Origin: an uncultured Planctomycetota bacterium
GTDB taxonomy: Bacteria > Planctomycetota > Planctomycetia > Pirellulales > PNKZ01
Direction: 5' to 3'
Length of the DNA: 64,000 nt
Assembly (NCBI GenBank): GCA_963708675.1
Contig: CAVPTO010000003.1
Location: 3,595,477-3,659,476, forward strand
A model generated the notes under the pieces. That model saw only the letters and a list, made by a program, of their open reading frames with translations, searched no databases and was not told where the DNA came from. Positions within the stretch are counted from its first letter, which is position 1. The number at the start of each line of letters is the position of its first letter. The position numbers and the translations under genes were made by a program. Of the stretch, positions 39,046 through 50,114 are shown piece after piece.

Positions 39046-39676
39046 TGTGGGAGGGTCACCCGTGCGATCCCATCATCGCTTATCACGTCGTCTGGGGTGC
39101 CTACGGATTTTGGCTGCCCAACGACCCGCGGGGTTCGTGGTCGAAAGACGTTTGGTCGCCGCGTCTGATGCGCTTCGGACCGCCGCGACGTGTTAATACT
39201 CGCAGCTCGCGCGCGGCCGTTTCGCATGACCTCGCGCTGCGACGAGCCGCCAAGCGCGAACTGATGCGTGAGCCGATTCGTTTCACTGGCGTCCAAGCGC
39301 GTGCCATTGGCCACGGCATTGCCGACGTCACGAGTCGCTATGCGCTTCCGGTCTATGTCGCCGCGGTCATGCCCGATCATGTGCACTTGGTGTTCGCGCG
39401 CAAGGCGGTTCATGCGGAGACGTGGGTCGGCTATTTCAAACGGGCTGCGACGAAAGCAATGGTTGCTGAAAAGTTGCACCCGTTTGCCGGTGATCGAAGA
39501 CCTGATGGCAGCCTGCCGACCGTTTGGCGCAGGGAGGTTGGAAGGTGTTTTTACATAGTGATGCCGAGATCAGCCGGGAGATTGAATACGTCGAGAAGAA
39601 TCCGAGACGCGCGGGTTTGAGGGCGCCGCACTGGTCGTTTGTTAGCCCGTATCCGCCCTGTGGACAGGGCGGCTAA
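39045..39676 (+). mobile_element. REP-associated HUH (Y1) tyrosine transposase, RAYT/IS200-like; one-base frameshift at ~39526
   Basis: IIAYHVVWGAYGFWLPNDPRGSW and MPDHVHLV (HUH). After a -1 shift it reads WAQGGWKVFL...IEYVEKNP..AGL...W.FV, with the stop inside the right REP. Confidence 0.85.
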
Positions 39677-39677
39677 G
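39653..39677 (-). repeat. Right CTTAG REP flanking the RAYT (inverted)
   Basis: Minus strand reads CTTAG-CCGCCCTG-TCCA-CAGGGCGG. Confidence 0.88.
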
Positions 39678-39776
39678 CGTTGTGTTTGGGATGGTTGTTG
39701 CGTGACAGCGCGTCACGCTTCGATTACGCTCGGCGGGACGTATTTGCTCGCCACGCCCACCTCGCGGAATCTCGCC

Positions 39777-41042
39777 ATGCCTGTCCACGTCCATAAGTTC
39801 GCGCTCGCGGCGCTTTCGGCCGTTGTTGTGTTGCATTCGATGTTCGTGCTTCCGTCGCGCGGCGCCGAAGAACTGCGGTTCTCGGTTTCGATTGATGAGT
39901 TTTTGCCTGATGGATACGTGAAAGATGGCAGCGTCGGTTATCAAGCACAATTGCAGAAGGCGATCGACGCGGCACGCGTAGGTGGAACGGTAGTCTTTCC
40001 ACCGATGGCGTATCGACTCGACACGGCGGGGCTGCGTCTGAAGTCGGACGTCACGTTGATTCTTATCGGCGCGGTGTTTCAATTCGATGAGGAGGCCGAC
40101 GAAGACGGACAGGCGTTCATCGGCGAAGACGTCGAGAACGTACAGATCGTCGGCGGCGAGATCGTGGGGCGCAACGACGTTTGGGCGGATGGCGTGAACA
40201 TTCGCGGCATCGGCCTGCACGGCGCGTGCAAGAACATTCGCATTCGCGACACGCGGTTTCGCAATCTGTCGAGCAATGGCATCGGCATTTTCGGCGCCGA
40301 AGACAAGCCGGCCAGCGACGTGTGGATCACCGACGTCGTCGTTGAGAACTGCTGCAACAAGTACGGCGACTACGTCGAGAAGAAGACCGGACCCGAGAAG
40401 GGGAGCAAGCGCGAAGATCAGGGCTCGGTCTGTTTCTACTACGTGAACGATTGGCTCGTGGAAGGTTGCCGCTTCGACGGGTCGCGTTCCGACGGGACAC
40501 ACTTCTTCAAGTCGCACCGCGGTCAGTTCGTACACAACAAGGTCTATCGCGCAAAGATGGGGGGCTACTTCATCGAGACGTGCGACGACGTGCTGGCCAG
40601 CGACAACGTGATTCTCGACAACGGTTCGCGCGGCGCGACGATCGAACGGGGCGCTCGCCGTTGCACGCTCACTTCGAACGTCATCGCCAATAGCGGTCGC
40701 GAAGGCCTGTGGGCGCCGGACTGCGTCGGCCTGATCGTGAACGGCAACGTGTTTGACAAAAACGGTCGCAAGCCCAATGGCGACACGCCGACGCGCATTT
40801 GGAATGCGAACATCACGATCAACCGCTCAGTCTCGAAGACGCCGCAGTGGCCTGACCCGGTTGATTACATCGTGGCCGATAACATCATCACCACGACCGG
40901 CGATCAGATCGCGGCGATTCGCGTCGATGCCAGCGTCTCGACCGGCATCGCGATTCATCACAACATGCTGCGCGGCGATAACCGCAAGGTGCTCGTCGAA
41001 GGCGACGCGAAGGGGCGCGTTGATGCGCACGACAACGATTGA
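39777..41042 (+). CDS. Secreted right-handed parallel beta-helix protein (pectate-lyase-like fold)
   Basis: Signal peptide, Q.AIDAA..GGTV.FP, and repeated PbH1-like strands (NIRIRDT.F.NLSSNGI; NVI.NSG.EG). Confidence 0.75.
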   Translation: MPVHVHKFALAALSAVVVLHSMFVLPSRGAEELRFSVSIDEFLPDGYVKDGSVGYQAQLQKAIDAARVGGTVVFPPMAYRLDTAGLRLKSDVTLILIGAVFQFDEEADEDGQAFIGEDVENVQIVGGEIVGRNDVWADGVNIRGIGLHGACKNIRIRDTRFRNLSSNGIGIFGAEDKPASDVWITDVVVENCCNKYGDYVEKKTGPEKGSKREDQGSVCFYYVNDWLVEGCRFDGSRSDGTHFFKSHRGQFVHNKVYRAKMGGYFIETCDDVLASDNVILDNGSRGATIERGARRCTLTSNVIANSGREGLWAPDCVGLIVNGNVFDKNGRKPNGDTPTRIWNANITINRSVSKTPQWPDPVDYIVADNIITTTGDQIAAIRVDASVSTGIAIHHNMLRGDNRKVLVEGDAKGRVDAHDND

Positions 41043-41075
41043 CAGAACGCGAAAAGAAGAGGCGATGCACAATGA

Positions 41076-41097
41076 CCCAGGGACGGCAGTCCCTGGG
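41076..41097. repeat. Single perfect hairpin CCCAGGGAC-GGCA-GTCCCTGGG between convergent genes (REP-like or terminator)
   Basis: 9-bp perfect stem; one copy in the window. Confidence 0.5.
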
Positions 41098-41118
41098 CTT
41101 CGGGGGGTTTGAGCGTGG

Positions 41119-42144
41119 TTACTTGCCGATGGCGTCGAAGATTGTGCCGTCGGTGAAGTTCGCGAGATTGTCCGATTCTTCGGTACTGAGCGTACCGACG
41201 CTCGACGGTTGCCCGTTTTGGTAGACGACGCCCGTCGAGGGGACCGTGATTCGAAGAGTTGGACTGGCCGAGGGGCCGTACATTCCATCGAGACCAGACG
41301 AAAGAATCTGGAACGTGTTGGGATTCAGCCATTGCATGGACATGCCCGTTTGCAAGTTGGCTCCAGCGTAAGGGCCGATGACGCCCCATTGCGACGCCAG
41401 GGCCGTGGTCGGTAGTGGATACATGTTGTACGAGGTGGTCGCGGCGGCCTGAGACTTGTTCGTATAAAGCGCCGCGTCGAAGTAGACGAAAGGCGGAAGA
41501 TCGATGTTCGGCGTGTACTCGAGCCAGCCATCGTTGTCGTTATCAACGAGGCGATCGTCGTCGAAGTCATAGAGCGGTGGCGTTCGCGCGGTCAGAGTTG
41601 TGTCGAGCTTGAACGGGTTGGTCGGGTCGCTGTGAAAACCGATAATCTTTCGCGACGAGACGGGTTGGCCGTTCGCCCAAGGAGTTGGAAACCCACCCAG
41701 CCAAAACACCAGCGCCTCAGCCGGGTCGAGGGTTTGGATCTTGGGCGTACCTATCGATCCCGTCGATGACCGAAAGGTGTATTGATACTGTTGTGTTCCC
41801 ATGCCGGTGACGAGGTCGTTGTAAGTGACGAGACATCGGGGGAAAGCCGAGCGTAGATACTTATTAAATCGCGTGGGAGAGTCGGCGTAGACAGAGGACG
41901 TCGTGAGCGCCGCCATACAGGGCGGGTAAACTCCCGCTTTCGACTTCACGCCTTCAATCGACGTCGCCAGCCGCGTGATTTCAAAGACGATGCCGCTCTG
42001 CTTCGCCGAGGTCATGGCCTTACGAATGCCGGTGATGAGCAGGCCCATGAGCATGGCGATGATGGCGATCGCGACGAGCAGCTCGACCATCGTGAAGCCA
42101 GCCCGACGCGCATTCCTTGCGCACATAAGTTGTCGTGAGACCAT
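41119..42144 (-). CDS. Prepilin-type N-terminal cleavage/methylation (type IV pilin/T2SS pseudopilin-like) protein
   Basis: RRAG|FTMVELLVAIAII class III signal. ATG at 42144 (track start is 42393). Confidence 0.85.
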   Translation of the reverse strand: MVSRQLMCARNARRAGFTMVELLVAIAIIAMLMGLLITGIRKAMTSAKQSGIVFEITRLATSIEGVKSKAGVYPPCMAALTTSSVYADSPTRFNKYLRSAFPRCLVTYNDLVTGMGTQQYQYTFRSSTGSIGTPKIQTLDPAEALVFWLGGFPTPWANGQPVSSRKIIGFHSDPTNPFKLDTTLTARTPPLYDFDDDRLVDNDNDGWLEYTPNIDLPPFVYFDAALYTNKSQAAATTSYNMYPLPTTALASQWGVIGPYAGANLQTGMSMQWLNPNTFQILSSGLDGMYGPSASPTLRITVPSTGVVYQNGQPSSVGTLSTEESDNLANFTDGTIFDAIGK

Positions 42145-42753
42145 GGAATAGTCCTTCCCGCGCGGCGGCGCGAAGTCTGAATACGGCAGCGCATTGCCGA
42201 AGACCGGCAGAACAAGACGAGTTGCGAAGATTAGCCTCAGGTTAGCCTTGTGTTTGCGTTTTGCAAGCAATTGATGAGCGACAAGATTGCGCCGTGACGA
42301 TGACACTGCGACAGATCGCGGGACGGCTGTCACCCGGCGGTCCATGGCGCTGAATAGTGCAAAGGGGGGAAGTCCCCCATTCCCGGAGGGCACTTAATCG
42401 CGTTGATACCATGCGTTTGAGGTGCATGGATTTATGACGCGGCTAGATCGTGCCGATCGTCGCGTCCCCTCAGGATGGCGGAACGGTAATGTGCGGCGAT
42501 TGTATTGGAAACGATTGTTGGGCAGGGTTACCATAACATAGTTACGTCAAATCGCAGACCGCGACCGTGACTCCATCAAATCTGTATGGGGGCACCGTTC
42601 GCTTCGATGCGCGATCGATGGTGGCAGCGCGATCGTCAGCCTTTTTGCCTCCGGGGCAACCCTCCCTTCATTTGTGACGGTCAGTTGCAAGGACTGAAAC
42701 GTGGCGCACCGTGATTTCGTCCCAAGGAACGAGCTTTCCTGAGGGATGATCTA

Positions 42754-45700
42754 ATGTCCAAAAACTGGCGAACTCGAACCCAAGAACCGGCTGCGATCCA
42801 TGCGCTGTGCCGACGGTTGAATCGTTGCGCGACGGCGCTGGTCATCGTCGGGTTCTTGATGTCGGTTCAAACTGCCTGTGCGACGGAATGGTATTGGGAT
42901 CCGGGCGGAATGTCGCCGATCCTGGGCGGTTCGGCCGCGTGGCAAACCCCGTCGTGGAGCGTGAGTGCAGCAGGCGGCGGAGCCTCTAGTTGGCCAAACC
43001 GCACGACCGATAACGCGCACATCACGCAAGGACTCGGCGTGATCTCATTGGTCACGGCAGATCCGATCATCGTGGGCCTCGCCTCTTTCGAAACGACGGG
43101 CTACTCGCTCGGCGCAAGTGGCACCACAGCGGCCACCTTGACTGGAACGATTTCGCTAAGCAACAACGTCACGCTGGGAATCGGGACCACGGTTGGCAAC
43201 ACGACACAAACGATCAATCTCAGCTCGACGATCAATGGTGGAACAGGCACGACTCTCCAACTGAACAACGTTCAGAATGCGACTAGTCTTCTTACGCTGA
43301 ATCTCAACGGCGCGGTCACTGTTCCCATTACCGTCAACACGACTGGCGTCCAAACGGTCTCGGGCGATATTGTCGCCGGATTCGGCAGCGCGACGTCGAC
43401 GCTGGTCGGAACGATCACCAACAACTCGGGTGCCGGCTTCTATACGGGTCTGGGAGCAACGACCGGCAACACGCTGTCGGTCGGTGGCGTCGTCTCGGGA
43501 ACGTCGGGTGTTGAGTTCACATCGGCGTTTGGCGGCGGCGGAGCGGGAACCGTGGTCCTCGGTGCAGCCAACAGCTACACCGGCGACACGCTGTTCAACT
43601 TGGCCACAACGGGCATCGTCAAGCTCGGGATCAGCAACGGCATCTCGACGCAGTCGAACCTCGTTATGGGCGGGCAAGCGGTGGGAATGGGCGGCATTTT
43701 CAACCTGAACGGCTTCAGCCAGGCGGTTCAGTCGTTGACGAGCACCGCCAACGGCGGCGGACAAATTCAGAACACTACCGGAGCCAGCACGCTCACGATC
43801 AACGGTTCCAGTTCACCGGGCAGCGCCTACGCGCTCACCATTGCTGACAACGGCGGCACGGTCAGTCTCGTTCGCGCAGGAACGGGCACTACGACGTTGA
43901 GCGGATCGAACTCCTATACCGGTGGAACGACCGTCAGCGGCGGCGTGCTCGTCATCGCCAACGGGTCGACCGGTTCAGCATTGGGCACCGGGGCGGTGAC
44001 GGTCGGCGGTGGCACGCTGGCCAGCGCAGCCGGCGGTGGCAGCGTCACGGCGAATGTCACCCTCAACTCGGGCGGCATGTTGTCGCCGGGCAACGGCAGC
44101 ATCGGCAACCTGACGATTGCCGGCAACCTCACGCTCACGGGCGGATCACTCAACTACGCGCTCGGCGCAACCAACGCCGCCAGTCTCATCGCCGGCACCG
44201 GTCAGCTCAATCTCTCGAATAGTATCACCGTCAACCTGTCGGGCACCGTCGGCACCGGACACTACTTGCTCATCAGCGGCTTCGCGGGTCATACCGGCAC
44301 TGCCAACGAGTTCACCGCGGGCACCGGGTTCGGTGTGCTGGTTTCGCAGTTCTCGTTCTCGGGTAACGACGTCTATCTTGACCTGGCAAATGGAAGAAAC
44401 CTCATCTGGTCGTCGACGGCCAACCCCACCAGCCTCGCCACCACGACCGACGGCTCGGGCACGTGGACCAACGGCGGCAACAACTTTTGGAACCCGGCGG
44501 CCGGCGCGTCGGCGAGCTGGAGTAGCACCAATCCCGACAACGTGACGTTCGGCAACAACGCCGCCGGCGGTCAAACAAGCGGCACCGTCGTGCTGGGAAG
44601 CAACATCACCGCCGGCACGATCACGTTTGCCCCGAACACCACGTACACGATCAATCGCGATGCCGGCAACGCGTTCTCGCTCACGATCGCCACAGGCATC
44701 GTCGCCAACGAAAACGCAACGATCAACGCACCGATCGTCGTCAGCAGTTCCGAATCGTGGTCGGTCGCCAGCGGCAAAACGCTCACTCTCGGCGGAACAC
44801 TTGGCGAAACCGGTGGTTCGCAAGCGCTAACGCTCAACGGTCCCGGCACATACCGGCTGCAAGGGGTCGATAGCCGCACCGGCGCGACGACGCTCAGCTC
44901 CGGCGTGCTCACGATCACCGGCTCCGGCAGCCTCGCCAACACCAGCGGCGTCACGGTCAGCGGAACCTTCAATCTGAACACGACGGGCAACGCGCTCGGC
45001 TCGACCGTGCCGGTGACCGTCAACACGGGCGCCACGATGAACGTCAGCACTAGCCAAACGATCGCATCGCTCAACGGCACAGGCGGCACAACGGCAATCG
45101 CCTCGGGTGCGATTCTGACACTCGGCGGCGGCAGCTACAGCGGCGCGCTCAATGGAAACGGCGCGGTCATCGTCGCGGCCGGCGCCAACACCGTCACCTT
45201 CGGCGGTGCGGGAGCATACGCGGGTGGCACGACGGTCAACAGCGGCGTGCTGCAAGTCCTCGCGTCAGCGACCCTCGCCTCCGGCGGCAATCTTACCATT
45301 AGCGGCTCGGCGGTTGCCGTGTTCGCAAATACGCCAACGTTGGGCACGGTCACGAACTCGAGCACGGCCGTGACAGGCTTGTCGTTCTCGTCGGCGACCA
45401 TCTCCACGCTCTCGGGCACAGGCTCAACGAGTTTCTCGACGAACGCGACGATCGGTCAGATGAGCTTCGGCGGAGTCACGGTTGCCGGTACAGCGACGAT
45501 CAACACGTTCAGTGGCGGAAGCCTCGCGCTCAACGGCGCCGTGAACAACACGATCACCTATATCAGCGGCGTCGGCATCATGAGCCTGTTGCAAGCGGGC
45601 ACGAACCTCACACTGGCCGGCGGCAGCTTCGCCGGCACTGTGCGTGGCGTGGGAAGCATCACTGCAAGCACGTCGTCCACAATCATGTTCAGCAACAACA

Positions 45701-48700
45701 ACACGTACAGTGGCGGCACCACGGTCGCGGCAGGTGCAATCGTGGCAGCCAACATAACCAACGGCAGCGCCTTCGGCACCGGGCTGGTGACCGTCAGTGC
45801 CGGCGGTACGATCGCGGCGGCTGCGGTAGGCGGCACAGTGAACGCACCCGTGACAGTCTTCAGCGGCGGCGTTGTGTCTCCCGCCTTCGCGGGTTCGGGA
45901 ACGCTTACCCTCGGCGGCAACCTGACGCTCAACTCCGGCAGCACCGTGAGCTTCGGCAACGTCACAACCACGCCGGGCTTGGTGAGCATGGTCAGCGGCT
46001 CGAACTTGATCTTCGGCTCCGGCTCCGAGACGTTTAGCTTCACGGGCACGATCAACGCGCCGACGACCATCAAGCTCTTCGGCTTCGATACGGGAACTTA
46101 CAGCGGCGCCACGGCGAACTTCGGCAACGTCGCGCTCTCCGGCCTCGCGTTGGGCTCGGGGCTGGTCGCGACCATCTCTGGCGCGCACGCCGGCGAGCTC
46201 GATCTCGTCGTCACTGCCCTAACCGGCAACCTCGTTTGGAACGGCACCGCGAACAAGACCTGGGACATCGGCACGACGGTCAACTGGCTCGACGGCACAA
46301 CGACCGTCCCCTTCGCCAACGGCAACAACGTGACGTTCACCGACACCGGCGCGGGAACGGTCAACATCGCGACCACGAGCGTCTCGCCCGGTTCGGTCAC
46401 GATCAACAACACGGGGGCGGGAACGTACACGTTCACGGGCGGCGCCATCAACGGCGCGTCGTTCAGCAAGCTCGGCGTCGGCACGTTGTTCCTCACCAAC
46501 ACGAACACCTACAGCGGCAACGCGACCATCGCCGCCGGCGTCGTCACGATCACCGGCTCCGGCAGCCTCGCGGCCAGTGGCGTGACGGTCAGTGGCACTT
46601 TCAACCTGACCACTAGCGGCAACGCACTGAGCTCGACGACGGGCGTGACGGTCACCACCGGCGGCTTGTTCAACGTGAGCACCAGTCAGACGATCGCCGC
46701 GCTCAACGGGCTTGGCACGACGAGCATCGCCAACGGCGCAACGTTGAATATCGGCAACGGCAGCTTTACCGGCGCGCTCAACGGCGCAGGCGCGTTGAAC
46801 GTGACGGCCGGCGTCAACACCGTCACGCTTGGCGGAACGATCGGCTACACCGGCGGCACGACGGTCACCAGCGGCACGCTGCAAGTCCTCAGCGGCAGCA
46901 GCCTCTCTTCAAGCAGCAACCTCACGGTCGCCGGCGGCGCCAATGCGGTGTTGGCCAACGTCGGCCAACAACTTGGCACGCTCAACAACGCGGGAACCGT
47001 GAGCTTCACGGCCGTCACCGGCACGACCACGATTGCATCGCTCACCGGCGCGGGCGCCACCAGCTTCGCCGCCAACGGCAACGTCGCACAGCTCAGCGGC
47101 AACGGCACGATCACGCTCAGCGGCACGACGACGTTGACCGTCGGCACCAGCAACTACACGGGCTCGTTCAATCAACTCAGCGGCAACGCCAGCGTGCTGA
47201 TGCTCGGCACGAGCGCCACGTTCACACTCAACGGCGCGAACAATCTCACCGGCTCGCTCGTCATCGGCACGGGTACGACGCTCGTCACGCAGACGCAAGG
47301 CGCTGGGCGCCAACCTCGGCTCGGGCGAAGCGCTGAACATCTCCGGCGGGCAACTGCACATCAACGGCACGAGCGTCACGATCGACGACCGCAACGCCAC
47401 GGTCACGCTCAGCAGCGGTGGCACGATCAATATCGACGCCGGCGACACGCTGATCCTCACCGGCGCGAACATCCACGGCAACATCACTCAAACCGGCAGC
47501 GGAACGCTCAAGATCCTCGGCTCAGGATACACCGGCAGCACCGTCGTCGGCACCGGCGGCACCTACGTGGCCGACCCCAGCAGCACCAACAACATCACGC
47601 TCGATCACGGGTCAACCCTGAGCTTCACCACGGCGGGCACGTACTCGGTGACCGCGATCATCTCGCCCGACCAGACGCACGGCACGGTGACGATCACCAA
47701 CACCACCGGCGGCGTCGTCGACTTGAAGGGGACGATCAACAAGACCGACACGAACCTCGTGATCACCGGCAGCCCCGGCAGCAGCTACCTCGTCGATGCC
47801 GTCATCAGCAACACGGCCAACAGCAACTTCGACAACGACATCACCTACAACTCGACGATGACGTTCAACGTCGCGCAGACCTACCAAGGTCCGACCACGA
47901 TCTCGAACAACGTCGTCGTCACGTCCAACGTCGCCACCAACGTCTTCGATCCCGCGACCGTCATGCACCTGGGCAGCGCCATCGACAACAGCACCGGCAG
48001 CTTCGACCTGCATGGCAATACGCAGACGCTGGCCGGCATCTTCGCCGAGGGGACGGGCACGAACAACAACATCACCAGCTCCGTGGCCGGCGGCAACCTG
48101 TTCGTGAATGTGGCGTCAGGCGTTGATACTTTCAGCGGCTCACTCACCGGGCAGATGTCGCTCGACAAGGAAGGGGCCGGCACGTTGTCGCTTTCGGGCA
48201 CGGCAAACAACTACACCGGCACGACGACCGTCAACGCCGGCACGCTGGCCCTCGGCGCTTCTTCCAACACGCTTCCCACCACGACCACGCTCTCGATGGC
48301 GGGCACGGGCACGGTCGACCTGCTTGGTCATTCGCAGCAGATCGTCGCACTGATGAGCACGCTTACGACGACGACCGTCACCGGAGCATCCGGCAGTTCG
48401 CTGACGGTGTCGCCGAGTGGAAACGTCTCGGCCGCCTTCGCCGGTGTGATCAGTGGCAGCATCGCGTTGACGATCAACGGCGGCGCGAACAGCTCGCAGC
48501 TTCTCAGCGGCGCCGAGACGTACCTCGGCGCGACGACAATTAACTCCGGAGCACTGATCGTCAACGGTTCACTGAGCGCCGGCGGCGGCACGGTCACCGT
48601 CAACAGCGGCGGCGCTCTGGAAGGCAACGGAACGATCAACCGCGCCGTGGTCGTCAACAGCGGCGGCACGATCTCACCCGGCGGCAGCACCGGCGACACG

Positions 48701-49171
48701 CAGACGTTGCACGTCGGCGGCAACCTCACCGTCGGCGGCACGTACAACTGGGAACTCAAGCAAGAGAGCACCAGCAGCGGCTTCGACCAGGTTGCCGTCA
48801 CCGGCGGCAACGTCGCAGGCAGCGGCGGCACGCTGCACCTGGCCCTCAGCGCCGCGGGCATTCCGACCAACGACGCCTTTTGGCAGACGGCGCATGAATG
48901 GTCGGTCGCCTCCGTCACCGGCGGCACGATCACCAGCTTGTTCGCCCTCAACGATCCGACCGCCGCCAACTACGCGAGCATCGGCCACTTCAGCCTCGCC
49001 AGCCTCGCCGCCGATCAAACCGCCGGCGCCGTCCTGCTCGATTGGTCACCCACCGCCGTCCCCGAACCCGGCACGCTGCTCCTCGGCACGCTCGCCACCC
49101 TCGGCCTCGGCGGTTACGGATGGCGCAAACGCAAGCATCACGCCGCGCCCACCGCCGACGAAGTCACTTAG
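42754..49171 (+). CDS. Giant autotransporter-associated beta-strand repeat protein with PEP-CTERM tail (~2138 aa); +1 frameshift at ~47299
   Basis: Signal peptide, YW/WD start, and repeated N(S/T)YTGxTxxxxGxL motifs. Removing one G at 47299-47300 gives TQTQALGANLGSGEALNISGG and joins it to the 47567..49171 frame, which ends AVPEPGTLLLG...WRKRK. Confidence 0.85.
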
Positions 49172-49174
49172 CAA

Positions 49175-49247
49175 TGGTGGGGCAAACATTCTTGTTTGCC
49201 GTCCGTCCGCTGCGGTGACTAGGCGAACAAGAATGTTCGCCCCACCA
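49175..49247. repeat. GTGG-tagged REPIN (GGCRAAC-ATTCTT-GTTYGCC inverted pair)
   Basis: TGGTGG-GGCAAAC-ATTCTT-GTTTGCC and, on the minus strand, TGGTGG-GGCGAAC-ATTCTT-GTTCGCC, with a compensatory A-T to G-C change. Confidence 0.8.
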
Positions 49248-49333
49248 GATTTACAACGCCGCCGCGGCGTGACAAACTGGGACCGAAGCGGGCCCCGTAC
49301 GCATCCCACCTTCCTTCTGTCGAGATTCTTCCC

Positions 49334-49939
49334 ATGACCGTGTCGCGCCGGCTTTGCCTCTTCGCGTTGGTTTCAATTCTCGGATTCACGCAACGTGTTC
49401 ACGCGCAAGACGCACCAAGCGTCGACGGCTGGATCACCATGTTCGACGGCAAGACGCTCGACGGGTGGGAAGCCAACGAGAACCCCGAGTGCTGGACCGT
49501 CGAGGACGGAACGCTGAAGGGATCGAAAGGGAAGAGCCATCTGTTCTACAAGAAGCGAGAGTTCACCGACTGCGAGTTCAAGGCCGACATCAAGCTCGCT
49601 GCGGGCAGCAACTCGGGCATGTACTTTCGCACCGCGTTTGGCCCCGGCTTTCCGAAGGGCTACGAAGCTCAGGTCAACAACTCGCACAAAGACCCGAAGC
49701 GCACCGGCACGCTGTACCACTTTGTCGTCGTCAGCGAGCAGCTCATTGCCGACGATACGTGGTGGAACCAGCACATCATTTGCAAAGGCAACCACATCGT
49801 CATCAAGGTGAACGACAAGACGGTCGTCGATTTCGTCGACGAGAAGAATTCCTTCACCAACGGTTACCTCGCTTTGCAGCAGCACGACCCGAACAGCACG
49901 GTGTGGTACAAGAATTTGATGGTGAAGCCGCTCGATTGA
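49334..49939 (+). CDS. 3-keto-disaccharide hydrolase (DUF1080) family protein
   Basis: Signal peptide, MFDGKTLDGW, NSGMYF, GYEAQV and GYLALQQH. Confidence 0.88.
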   Translation: MTVSRRLCLFALVSILGFTQRVHAQDAPSVDGWITMFDGKTLDGWEANENPECWTVEDGTLKGSKGKSHLFYKKREFTDCEFKADIKLAAGSNSGMYFRTAFGPGFPKGYEAQVNNSHKDPKRTGTLYHFVVVSEQLIADDTWWNQHIICKGNHIVIKVNDKTVVDFVDEKNSFTNGYLALQQHDPNSTVWYKNLMVKPLD

Positions 49940-49947
49940 AACACCCC

Positions 49948-50012
49948 GTTTAGCGGGCGATCTTGATCGCAGCGTGTGGCGGAACACGGCCTGCAAGCAG
50001 GCCGGCTAAACG
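49948..50012. repeat. TTTAG-tagged inverted REP pair with CTTG loops (variant of the RAYT-linked geometry)
   Basis: Plus strand TTTAG-CGGGCGAT-CTTG-ATCGC; minus strand TTTAG-CCGGCCTG-CTTG-CAGGCCG. Confidence 0.6.
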
Positions 50013-50114
50013 CGCGATTTCACTGCCAAATGGTTGCGTCGTCGCCCGTCGTCGTGCGACAATGCACCTTCCGCCGCCCCCCTGCCAGAACCACATCCTC
50101 TCGGATGATTGATC

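Noticed and set aside
42340-42420. AGTGCAA and GGGCACTT motifs resembling a c-di-GMP-II riboswitch
   Set aside because: The motifs are in the wrong order and simply form a hairpin. A cmsearch would be needed to revive the idea.
42690-42720. Possible sigma54 promoter upstream of the PEP-CTERM gene
   Set aside because: TGGCGC is present but there is no GC at the required -12 position.
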